A stretch of 64,000 bases of DNA from a virus: the IMG/VR virus record IMGVR_UViG_3300044712_000688, positions 72,299 to 136,298 of that record; one strand, 5' to 3'. Of the stretch, positions 1 through 8,111 are shown piece after piece (the stretch's first letter is position 1; each line of letters begins with the position of its first letter). The notes under the pieces were generated by a model. The model did no database searches, was not told where the DNA came from, and was given only the letters and a program-made list of their open reading frames with translations. A program made the translations under genes and the position numbers.

Positions 1-2
1 AA

Positions 3-1463
3 TATGCGTTTAATCTTGTGGCGTCTGTCGTATCACGTATCCGCCTTTACGCTGCTGCTGTAGATGACCCATCGGAAGCTCCAGTACCAGTTGATCTCTC
101 AAAGATTGTTGATCCTCAGCTGGCATCTGCTGCTCAGCGTGCGCTATCTCGTCTTGACTCAGCTTATGGTGGTCAGGCAGGTCTTCTAAAGGACGCAGCC
201 CTAAACTTGCAGGTCACTGGTGAGTGCTACCTAGTTCAGGTTCCAGAGCGTATTGGTTCACAGATTCCAGAGTCGTGGGATATCCGTTCCGTAGACGAAC
301 TACAGCTTGACTCACGTGGAAACTACACCATCAACCCGATTCGTGACGCTAGCGGTTCTTCTTCAGGTCAAGCTGGTAAGAATGCAATCCGTCTACCGTC
401 CGATGCGTTTATCGGACGTATCTGGAAAGCACACCCACGCTACTCAATGGAGTCTGACAGCTCGCTACGCGGACTTTTAGATCTCTGTGCGGAATTGTTG
501 CTACTTAACCGTACTTTCCGCGCTACGGCCCGTTCTCGCCTCAATGCGGGTGCTTTGTACCTGCCTGACGGTTTGTCTGTTGCAGCTAGCCCTGACCCAG
601 ACTACCCATACGACGAAGATGGCGAGTACAACGAGCTCTACAACACCGAAGAAGCTGCCGACGACTTTGAGGATCAGCTCATTGACGCGATGACCACTCC
701 GATCAAGGACGAGGACTCTGCTTCTGCTGTTGTTCCACTGATCATTCGTGGTCCGGCTGAACTTGGCGACAAGATCAAGCAGTTCAAGTTCGAGCGTTCA
801 TTCGACGCATCGCTAGTTGCTCGTGCTGATCGTGTACTAGAGCGCATCATGCAGGGTCTAGACGTCCCTAAAGACGTTGTGACGGGACTTGCGAACGTTA
901 AGTACTCCAACGCACTACAAATCGATGAAGCCCTCTACAAGGCGCACATCGAGCCTCTGATGCTACTTATTGCTGACGCACTAACTGTTGTGTACCTGCG
1001 TCCATACCTAATCGCCAACGGCTACGACAAAGATGAAGTAGACCGTATTCAGGTTTGGTATGACCCGAGCCAAGTTGCTACTCGTAATGACCGCGCAGCC
1101 GATGCTGACTCTGGTTTCGAAAAGATGGCAGTGTCTTTCAACACTTGGCGTCGTGCGCATGGCTTCTCTGAGGCAGATGCACCGAGTCCAGAAGAGTTGG
1201 CGCTACGTCTTGTTGTCGAGAAGGGTATGATCACTCCAGAGTTGACTCAGTCAATGCTAGAAGCGGTTGCACCAGAGCTTAAGGACCTGATCAATGCAGC
1301 CAGCCAAGCAAACTCTGTTGCTCCGATGACACCAGAGATTGAAAACATTCTCGAAGGTGGTCCAGGCACCCCTACCCCAGAGCCATCGGCTGAAACCGCT
1401 CCAGCCGAAGCACCACCTACATCAGCAGCCCCAACTACAGAACCTGAGGTACCAACACCATGA
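3..1463 (+). CDS. Portal protein (5'-truncated by window), cluster-B-like actinophage type
   Basis: Frame is open back to the window edge (YAFNLVAS...). Segments RTFRATARSRLNAGALYLP, VVPLIIRGP and QVWYDPSQV resemble actinophage portals. First gene of the head cluster, with a Pro/Glu-rich C-terminal tail. Confidence 0.8.
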   Translation, partial: YAFNLVASVVSRIRLYAAAVDDPSEAPVPVDLSKIVDPQLASAAQRALSRLDSAYGGQAGLLKDAALNLQVTGECYLVQVPERIGSQIPESWDIRSVDELQLDSRGNYTINPIRDASGSSSGQAGKNAIRLPSDAFIGRIWKAHPRYSMESDSSLRGLLDLCAELLLLNRTFRATARSRLNAGALYLPDGLSVAASPDPDYPYDEDGEYNELYNTEEAADDFEDQLIDAMTTPIKDEDSASAVVPLIIRGPAELGDKIKQFKFERSFDASLVARADRVLERIMQGLDVPKDVVTGLANVKYSNALQIDEALYKAHIEPLMLLIADALTVVYLRPYLIANGYDKDEVDRIQVWYDPSQVATRNDRAADADSGFEKMAVSFNTWRRAHGFSEADAPSPEELALRLVVEKGMITPELTQSMLEAVAPELKDLINAASQANSVAPMTPEIENILEGGPGTPTPEPSAETAPAEAPPTSAAPTTEPEVPTP

Positions 1464-1915
1464 CCTACGAAAAAAACGGTCTAGCAAAACATTTAGCACA
1501 CTTGCTAGCCGATGTAGTTACTCTTGGATTCCTGACTCAGGGATATCACTGGAATGTAAAGGGACTCAACTTCTCTCAGTTCCATGAGTTTTTTGCAGAG
1601 ATTTATGGAGATGTTGATAGCGCGATTGATCCGCTTGCTGAGAACATCCGCAAACTCGGGTATGACTCTCCTTACTTGCTCACTGACTTTGCTGAGCTGA
1701 CTTGTATTGTCCGCCAAGAGCGCGAACTCGGTGACGCGGTTTCAATGGTAGAGTCTCTGGCTCGTGTAAACCAGTCAGTGCTTATGTGCTACGAACAGGC
1801 CTTCACCATGGCCAGTGCTTGCAATGAGCAGGGAATTGCTGATTTTGTTGCTGGACGTATTGACATGCACCAGAAGTGGCAGTGGCAGTTGAAATCAACT
1901 CTAGGGGTTCAGTAA
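1460..1915 (+). CDS. dps: Dps / ferritin-like DNA-protection protein
   Basis: YHWNVKGLNFSQFHEFFAEIY...DPLAENIRKLG matches the Dps ferroxidase-centre signature. ATGA overlap with the portal stop. Confidence 0.9.
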   Translation: MTYEKNGLAKHLAHLLADVVTLGFLTQGYHWNVKGLNFSQFHEFFAEIYGDVDSAIDPLAENIRKLGYDSPYLLTDFAELTCIVRQERELGDAVSMVESLARVNQSVLMCYEQAFTMASACNEQGIADFVAGRIDMHQKWQWQLKSTLGVQ

Positions 1916-2598
1916 TGTCATACGTTGACGACATCTTCAAAAAGAATAATGGCGAGTACGTATTAGTTCCCGAAGAGGAAGAGCTAGCTAATGCTCTTCA
2001 GTTGATTGCCAACAAGTACGGCAAGTTCAACGATGACAACACCGGAATCTGGGCAGGATACACTCCTGCATCAGAGAACGAAGAGAACGCAGCCATTGGC
2101 GTCAAGTGTGGTAACTGCGTTTTCTTTAATGCACCTAACGGCTGCTCAATCATTGCAGCTGAAGTTGAAGATGGCGGGCTATGCCGTTTCGCAGTTCTGC
2201 CAGATGGTGCAGTGACCGCGACTGCCGGGTCTAAGCCAGCTCCCAAGAAAGACCGAATCAAGGGCTCTGACAAGAACAAAAAGGGATCGGCTGCCGAAGG
2301 CAAGTCTGTGAACTTCACCGAAGAGATTATTACAGCTCTAAAGAACAAACTAGAAACTCACAACAAGAAGGCACCAGACGGTAGGAAAGCTACTATGGCG
2401 GCCCTCAAGGCTGTGTATCGTCGTGGTGCAGGCGCATTCTCTACCTCACACCGACCAGACCAAAACCGCAACTCGTGGGCCATGGCTCGTGTAAATGCAT
2501 ATTTGCACTTACTACGCTCTGGTTCTCCTAAAAATTCAAAATATACAACTGACAACGACCTGCTTCCAAAAGCACATCCGAAGTCAACTAGAAAATAA
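1915..2598 (+). CDS. Two-domain protein: HiPIP-like 4-Cys domain plus basic C-terminal domain (DUF5824-like)
   Basis: Start placed at ATG 1915 (TAATG overlap with dps). C-x2-C-x8-C-x12-C in CGNCVFFNAPNGCSIIAAEVEDGGLC. C-terminal AVYRRGAGAFSTSHRP...WAMARVNAYL resembles a viral domain I recall as DUF5824. Confidence 0.6.
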   Translation: MSYVDDIFKKNNGEYVLVPEEEELANALQLIANKYGKFNDDNTGIWAGYTPASENEENAAIGVKCGNCVFFNAPNGCSIIAAEVEDGGLCRFAVLPDGAVTATAGSKPAPKKDRIKGSDKNKKGSAAEGKSVNFTEEIITALKNKLETHNKKAPDGRKATMAALKAVYRRGAGAFSTSHRPDQNRNSWAMARVNAYLHLLRSGSPKNSKYTTDNDLLPKAHPKSTRK

Positions 2599-2612
2599 AT
2601 TGTCCAGTAATA

Positions 2613-2621
2613 CGGTAAAAT
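2613..2621 (+). promoter_or_regulatory. GGTAAAAT-type (extended -10) promoter for the polyprotein gene
   Basis: CGGTAAAAT in an AT-rich intergenic gap. The same motif lies upstream of other structural genes. Confidence 0.6.
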
Positions 2622-2670
2622 TCTAGTATCATAGCTTAAGCAAATATTGCCCTGCTCAGGAAGGCCTAAA

Positions 2671-5600
2671 GTGAGCTCAGCATTCACTACTCTCATCAGC
2701 AAGATTGAAAACTACTACGCTGATCACGACTACACTACCGAGGATGCCGAGTATCTTTCTCGACTAGCCATCGTTGAGTACGCTAAGGAAAAGAACGCGC
2801 TGGTTGCTTCAGCTCGTCAGGTTCCAGAGACTTCGATTGACAACATCATCGAGACAGCAATCCACTTCAACCTAGATGCTGACCCGAGCGAGTGGATGCT
2901 ATTTGCAGCTAACGCTGTTGACAACGTCCTCAACTACTCCCACCACGGAATCATCGCCTCTGGCCTTGGCGAATACACCGACTTCCTACCTCTAGGACAC
3001 CCTTCACGTACTAACCGCGGTGCTATGACCGCATCTGCTCTATCTCAGTTGACTGCCCTCTGGGTGGCCGGAGATCCTCGCATTGCTTCGGAGCAGGCTC
3101 GTCTTGACGTTTACAGTGCATATGCGACCAAGCCTGGGTCAGTAGAAGCCGACTACGCTAGCGCAAAGCTAGGTGCTTTAGTTGCTGCTGGCTATGTCCC
3201 AGAAGACGTAGTACTTCCTGTTACTGCAGCTTTCAAGATGAGCTTCGCTATGCGTTCTGCAATGGCAAAGGCGCTGGCCGCTGTTCGTCGTCGTCACCGT
3301 GACGGTCGATTCGCGGAAGAGTTCGGACGTCTACGTGGGTTCTTCAAGCGCGGAGACGGAAGCATCTTCTCCGAGGATGGCCGTATTGTTGGTGCGCCAG
3401 CTGGAACTAATAACTTCCAGATTGAGATTAAAGACAGTCCAGAAATTCCTGATGGCATCTACACCATTGACGCTGCAAAGACTGCGCCAGTAAAAGCTAT
3501 TCTTTCTAAGCGTGCGCTTTCTAAGGTAAAGGGTCTTAAGGCTAACCGCTCCATCACAAACCCGAGCAAGGCAGATATTGCTTCTGCAATTCCTCTAGAA
3601 GACTTCCTAAAGACCCGTGCAGATGCTCCAGAGGGCTGGACCAAAAACGAAGACGGTTCTTTCACCTCTAAGACTGGTCAGACCGTAAAGGCAATTACCA
3701 CCCAGCCTAAGGGCGACTATATGGTTGAGGGCGCAGGCGAGAGCGGTGCCATTGACCCTAACACCCCGATGTTTGAGATTCGCGATAAGAATGGCGAGCT
3801 TCTAGGTGTTGGTCAGAACTGGGCAGGTCTTAACAAGATTGCTATGACCTATGACGCCCTAAGTGGCGAAGGTAGCAACACTCCAGACGAGCCAGGGCTA
3901 GACCAGAAGGCTGGTGGCTCTAATCTTGACTCGCTAGTTAAGGAGCTAAAAGACGCTTCGTCTAAGTGGATGGATGAACAGCGCTTCAGCCCAGACGAGT
4001 ATGACGAGGCCACGGATGCAATGCCAGACCCTGCCGTTACTGCTGACTTTATTCTCCAAGCTGAGAAGTCGGGGGACACCTCGGAACTCAAAGGGCTACT
4101 TGATGCTTATGAGGAAAGGCCATATGCTGAAGTCCTTAAGAAGGCAATTGAGCGTATTGATGGTGAAAAGGGTCTAGACCAGAAGCCGGGAGAAGGCAAG
4201 AACTGGTATGACAACACCATTGACTTTGACCACCTATCTGATCCAGCTAACTGGAAGGGCTTTAAGGAAGGTACCCATGAGTACGTCTCTCCAGATGGAA
4301 AGCTAGAGCTAACTTGGGAGCCAGACGGTGAGCCAGACATGGGCGATGGCGCTACAGATCTGTCTGGAATTAGTGTTACCTATGATGGTCAGCCAATTGG
4401 CTCTTACTTGGCAAGTTACCGTGATTTAGAAGACGGCGACATCGCAGATGGCCTAAAGGATCTTTTCAAGAAGGAAAGCTGGTTCAGCCCAGACAACCTT
4501 GTTAAGTTCGGCCAGTATGGCAGTGCAGAATACAACAGCCCTGACGGTGGTGGCGTATACGTTGAACCTAAGGGCTCTAAGTATGAAGTTACTAAGTCGA
4601 TTCCTCAGGGTATGATTGACGAAAACGTCGAACACTCCTATGAAAAAGTCGAGACCTACAACACCAAGGAAGAGGCCCACAAAGCGGCCGAAGACTTTGC
4701 AAGGTTGCTTGAGGACCCTTCGAAGAAGTATGACCTTCTATACGGGGACTGGAGTGACAGTGACGGTGGCTTTGATCAAGCTCCGGGCGAACCTACAAAA
4801 CTAAGCGCAGCTGGTAAGAAGATTGCCAAGGACCTAGGTGACCACAAGTTCTTCCTCGAAGAGGATGCAGACGGAAACTTTACTGGAGGAGAATCAACTT
4901 ACACTTCTCCAGATGGTCGTGTAGAAGTTAAGTACCGTGACGGCTCTTGGTTTGATGACGAGAAGGGCTACGTTGCTTGGGACGAGATGCAGGTCTCTGT
5001 AGACGGCAAGCCAGTTGACAGCGTACTTCGCAACAAGCGAGAGTCTTGGCCTGACTTTCTTGACCGTGTTGCTGCTATGGCAGAGAACGGTCTAGAGAAC
5101 CCTAACTATGCAGAAGAGAAGAAGGCTAAGCGCGAAGCCGACCGCAAGGCTCAGGAAGACTTCTATAACTCTCCAGAGCAGGTAGAAAAGCGTGCCCGCG
5201 CTAAGTGGGAAAAGGAGCAGGAAGAAGCTGCTCAGGCTCAGGCTCGTGATGCAGCTGACAAAGAAGGTCTACTTAAGAAGGTAGATGATCTAGCAAACAA
5301 GATCTTCAATGGTGAAAGCGACGACAGCATCTGGGTTGGCGACGAGGACGAAGAAGGCTTCCGCAACTGGGGCGTCTATAACGAAGATGGCGAAGAGGTT
5401 GCGACCGGAAACGCTGGACCAAACTGGGACGCTACTGATATTGCTTCCGAAATTCGTGATGGCGTTAACTCGTACCTAGACAAGAAGATGGAAGAAGAGG
5501 CTGACTTCCAGTCGGGCTTTGACCAGAAGGCTGGCGAAGACAAGGCGGAGGCACCAGCTAAGCCACTATCTGAAAAGCAGATGGAACCAGCTACTGACAA

Positions 5601-8094
5601 GCAGTACGCACTTCTTGAGGAGCTTAACTCAGAGCGTGATGGTATTGACCCAGTCACTCAGAAGGCTATTGACGATGCACTAGCCAACAAGAACCTGACA
5701 AAGGCTCAGATGGCGTCTCTGTTTGGCGACCTTACTAAGAAGCCTTTCAAGCCAAACGTAGACCCTACCAAGCCAACCGAGCGCCAGATCAACTCGCTTC
5801 AGGGCTACCTAACCACCAAAGAACTAACTCCTGACGAGATGAACGACATTCTTGCTCAGCTTGATGCGGGACTAGATCGCGACTCAATCGAAAAGATTAC
5901 TGCCAAGCTACGTCGTCGTCCAGACCGTCAGCCGACTGAAGGATTTGACCAAGCTGCCGGAATTGACAGCGAGTTCGATGACGAATACGACTCGGCTCAC
6001 GCTGATGTAGAGTCTGCAATTGACCAAGCTCTGGAGGACTACCAGAACTCGCTGGAGGCTGACGGACTATCTGAGGCAGAGATTTCTGACAAGATGGACG
6101 AGGCAAACCAGATTGCCGAGCGTCTGCGTGATTCGTCCAATGTTGCTGACGCACAGGGAGCCGAGCGTGACATTGCTAACGACACCACTGGTGGAATCTT
6201 TGACAAGATTGTTGAAGACATTCGCACTAACGCAGAGGCTCTAGACTCACGTAAACAGAAGAACCTTGCTGACGCTGATCAGGCGAAGGCAGACGAGGTT
6301 CAGGCTGCGATTGACGGAGACGACTCTAGCTTCCTCGAAGACATCGTAAATGACCCGAGCTACAGCGAGTATCAGTCTCAGATTGAGGATGCTCTCGCTG
6401 ACATCAACGCACGTAAGGGCGAAGAAGAGCCTGGATTTGATCAGGCTTCTGGTAAGACCATTGCTGATGCATGGGAAGGTCTAGACCAAGATACCAAGGA
6501 CAGCGTAGTCGAGTCAATGAGCGACTACCTACTTAAGTTACGTCAAACTAACCCAGACGAGTTCTACGACATGGTTTATGACGTAGCTGTAGATCACCCA
6601 GATGGCAAGCGTGTGATGCAAAAGCCTCAGAACTATGCCGAGGACTTCATTGACTTCTATGCTAATGAAGACCCAGAGCTGATTGCAGACATGCTTGAAA
6701 ATGCTGGAGTTGATCTTGACGGCTTTGACCAAGCTCCAGGCAAGACTCTATCTCCAAAGATGATGGAGCCAGCTACTGACGCTCAGTACAACTACTTGCA
6801 GAGTCTTTTCGACAGCAAGACTGGAATTGATGACGAGACTGCTCAGGCTGTTAAGGAAGCTCTTGACTCAAAGAACTTGACTAAGGCTCAGGCTGGTGGA
6901 TTCATCGGTAAGCTCCGTGACCTTGGTGACAAGGAGAACATGGGCCAGTACGGCAAGCCTTCTCAGAAGATGATTGACTCTGTAAAGCGTGACGTCTACG
7001 CTAAGGGCCTATCTGACGCAGACCGCGAAGAAATTCTTAAGGGTCTAGAGGACAAGTCAAAGGGCGATGTCTCATTTATTATCAGCATGCTGAAAGAAAT
7101 GGATGACGTCGAGGGTGGTATTCCAAAGTACATTGACAGCCTAGTTCAGAGTGGCGACGTAGATGCATTGAAGCGTCTACGTGCTGACGATCGCTATGGT
7201 CGTTGGTCAAGCCAGATGGATGACGCTCTAGCAAAGATGGACTCTGGTAATCAGGGTTTTGACCAAGCTCCCGGGGAGCGCTCTAGCAGCGACCGAGGTC
7301 AGATGAAGTCAGATCTATCTTCTCTAGCTGAAGAGGTAGAGAACAGCAATGAAATCGGCTACGCATTTCTAAACAAGAACTTCGTTGACGGTCTTGATCT
7401 GAATGACCCTGACGACGCTTACTACCTACACGCTGAGTTGATGGATGCATACAAAGCAATGCGTCCTAACTCAGAAGAAGGTAAGGCATTGGAAGCTCGT
7501 CTTAAGAAGGCTGCTGATGACCTGCTCAACAGCATCGAGTCAGACCTAGGCCCTATTGAAGCAGCTAAGCGCGACCCAGAAGACATGGGAAGCAGTTTTG
7601 AATTTGATAGTGCTGTAGATGACCTACCTGACTTCTTTGACTACTACTTCCCGACTGATGCATCATCGGATATGAGAAATGATCCAGATGGTGGTTCAGT
7701 TGGTGATGTTCGAGGTGGTGGCTGGGAAGCTTCTGTACGCTTCAACGAGGAAACTCAGAAGTGGGAAGCCGACATGACTTCGCCAGGATTTGCTTCCGAG
7801 AACTACAGCGAGTCTTTCGATGACCAAGATGAAGCAGCCGACTGGGTAGCAAATGAGCTTGATCGCCAGAACACTTCAACACGTAATCGTGACACTAATA
7901 TTCTTGCTGAAGATGGTCTTGCCGGACTCATCGAGGAGTATGGAGATGATCCAGCAGAACTAGCTGGCGTTCTAGAAGGTGTCATTGGATGGCTTCGAGG
8001 TACTAACCGTGGACAAGCACAGAAGATTGCAAGTACTCTAGATGACTATGTTACTCGCCTACGCGAGCAGCTGGCCAAAAACCCAAAAGCCTAG
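2671..8094 (+). CDS. Large acidic modular protein (probable internal virion polyprotein, ~1807 aa) with 8 G[FL]DQxxG linkers
   Basis: GTG 2671 follows AGGAAGG (2658-2664). Lies between portal and protease genes. Asp/Glu-rich modules are separated by GLDQKAG, GLDQKPG, GFDQAPG, GFDQKAG, GFDQAAG, GFDQASG, GFDQAPG, GFDQAPG. Contains DUF3072-like repeats (PATxxQ...LTKAQ). Confidence 0.75.
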   Translation: MSSAFTTLISKIENYYADHDYTTEDAEYLSRLAIVEYAKEKNALVASARQVPETSIDNIIETAIHFNLDADPSEWMLFAANAVDNVLNYSHHGIIASGLGEYTDFLPLGHPSRTNRGAMTASALSQLTALWVAGDPRIASEQARLDVYSAYATKPGSVEADYASAKLGALVAAGYVPEDVVLPVTAAFKMSFAMRSAMAKALAAVRRRHRDGRFAEEFGRLRGFFKRGDGSIFSEDGRIVGAPAGTNNFQIEIKDSPEIPDGIYTIDAAKTAPVKAILSKRALSKVKGLKANRSITNPSKADIASAIPLEDFLKTRADAPEGWTKNEDGSFTSKTGQTVKAITTQPKGDYMVEGAGESGAIDPNTPMFEIRDKNGELLGVGQNWAGLNKIAMTYDALSGEGSNTPDEPGLDQKAGGSNLDSLVKELKDASSKWMDEQRFSPDEYDEATDAMPDPAVTADFILQAEKSGDTSELKGLLDAYEERPYAEVLKKAIERIDGEKGLDQKPGEGKNWYDNTIDFDHLSDPANWKGFKEGTHEYVSPDGKLELTWEPDGEPDMGDGATDLSGISVTYDGQPIGSYLASYRDLEDGDIADGLKDLFKKESWFSPDNLVKFGQYGSAEYNSPDGGGVYVEPKGSKYEVTKSIPQGMIDENVEHSYEKVETYNTKEEAHKAAEDFARLLEDPSKKYDLLYGDWSDSDGGFDQAPGEPTKLSAAGKKIAKDLGDHKFFLEEDADGNFTGGESTYTSPDGRVEVKYRDGSWFDDEKGYVAWDEMQVSVDGKPVDSVLRNKRESWPDFLDRVAAMAENGLENPNYAEEKKAKREADRKAQEDFYNSPEQVEKRARAKWEKEQEEAAQAQARDAADKEGLLKKVDDLANKIFNGESDDSIWVGDEDEEGFRNWGVYNEDGEEVATGNAGPNWDATDIASEIRDGVNSYLDKKMEEEADFQSGFDQKAGEDKAEAPAKPLSEKQMEPATDKQYALLEELNSERDGIDPVTQKAIDDALANKNLTKAQMASLFGDLTKKPFKPNVDPTKPTERQINSLQGYLTTKELTPDEMNDILAQLDAGLDRDSIEKITAKLRRRPDRQPTEGFDQAAGIDSEFDDEYDSAHADVESAIDQALEDYQNSLEADGLSEAEISDKMDEANQIAERLRDSSNVADAQGAERDIANDTTGGIFDKIVEDIRTNAEALDSRKQKNLADADQAKADEVQAAIDGDDSSFLEDIVNDPSYSEYQSQIEDALADINARKGEEEPGFDQASGKTIADAWEGLDQDTKDSVVESMSDYLLKLRQTNPDEFYDMVYDVAVDHPDGKRVMQKPQNYAEDFIDFYANEDPELIADMLENAGVDLDGFDQAPGKTLSPKMMEPATDAQYNYLQSLFDSKTGIDDETAQAVKEALDSKNLTKAQAGGFIGKLRDLGDKENMGQYGKPSQKMIDSVKRDVYAKGLSDADREEILKGLEDKSKGDVSFIISMLKEMDDVEGGIPKYIDSLVQSGDVDALKRLRADDRYGRWSSQMDDALAKMDSGNQGFDQAPGERSSSDRGQMKSDLSSLAEEVENSNEIGYAFLNKNFVDGLDLNDPDDAYYLHAELMDAYKAMRPNSEEGKALEARLKKAADDLLNSIESDLGPIEAAKRDPEDMGSSFEFDSAVDDLPDFFDYYFPTDASSDMRNDPDGGSVGDVRGGGWEASVRFNEETQKWEADMTSPGFASENYSESFDDQDEAADWVANELDRQNTSTRNRDTNILAEDGLAGLIEEYGDDPAELAGVLEGVIGWLRGTNRGQAQKIASTLDDYVTRLREQLAKNPKA

Positions 8095-8111
8095 CCCCCA
8101 ATGAGGGGGCT
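8082..8111 (+). other. Programmed -1 ribosomal frameshift cassette
   Basis: In-frame X_XXY_YYZ heptamer C_CCA_AAA (8082-8088), 4-nt spacer, hairpin AGCCCCC-AATGA-GGGGGCT (8093-8111). The zero frame stops at TAG 8092-8094; the -1 frame is open from 8046 to 10394. Confidence 0.8.
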
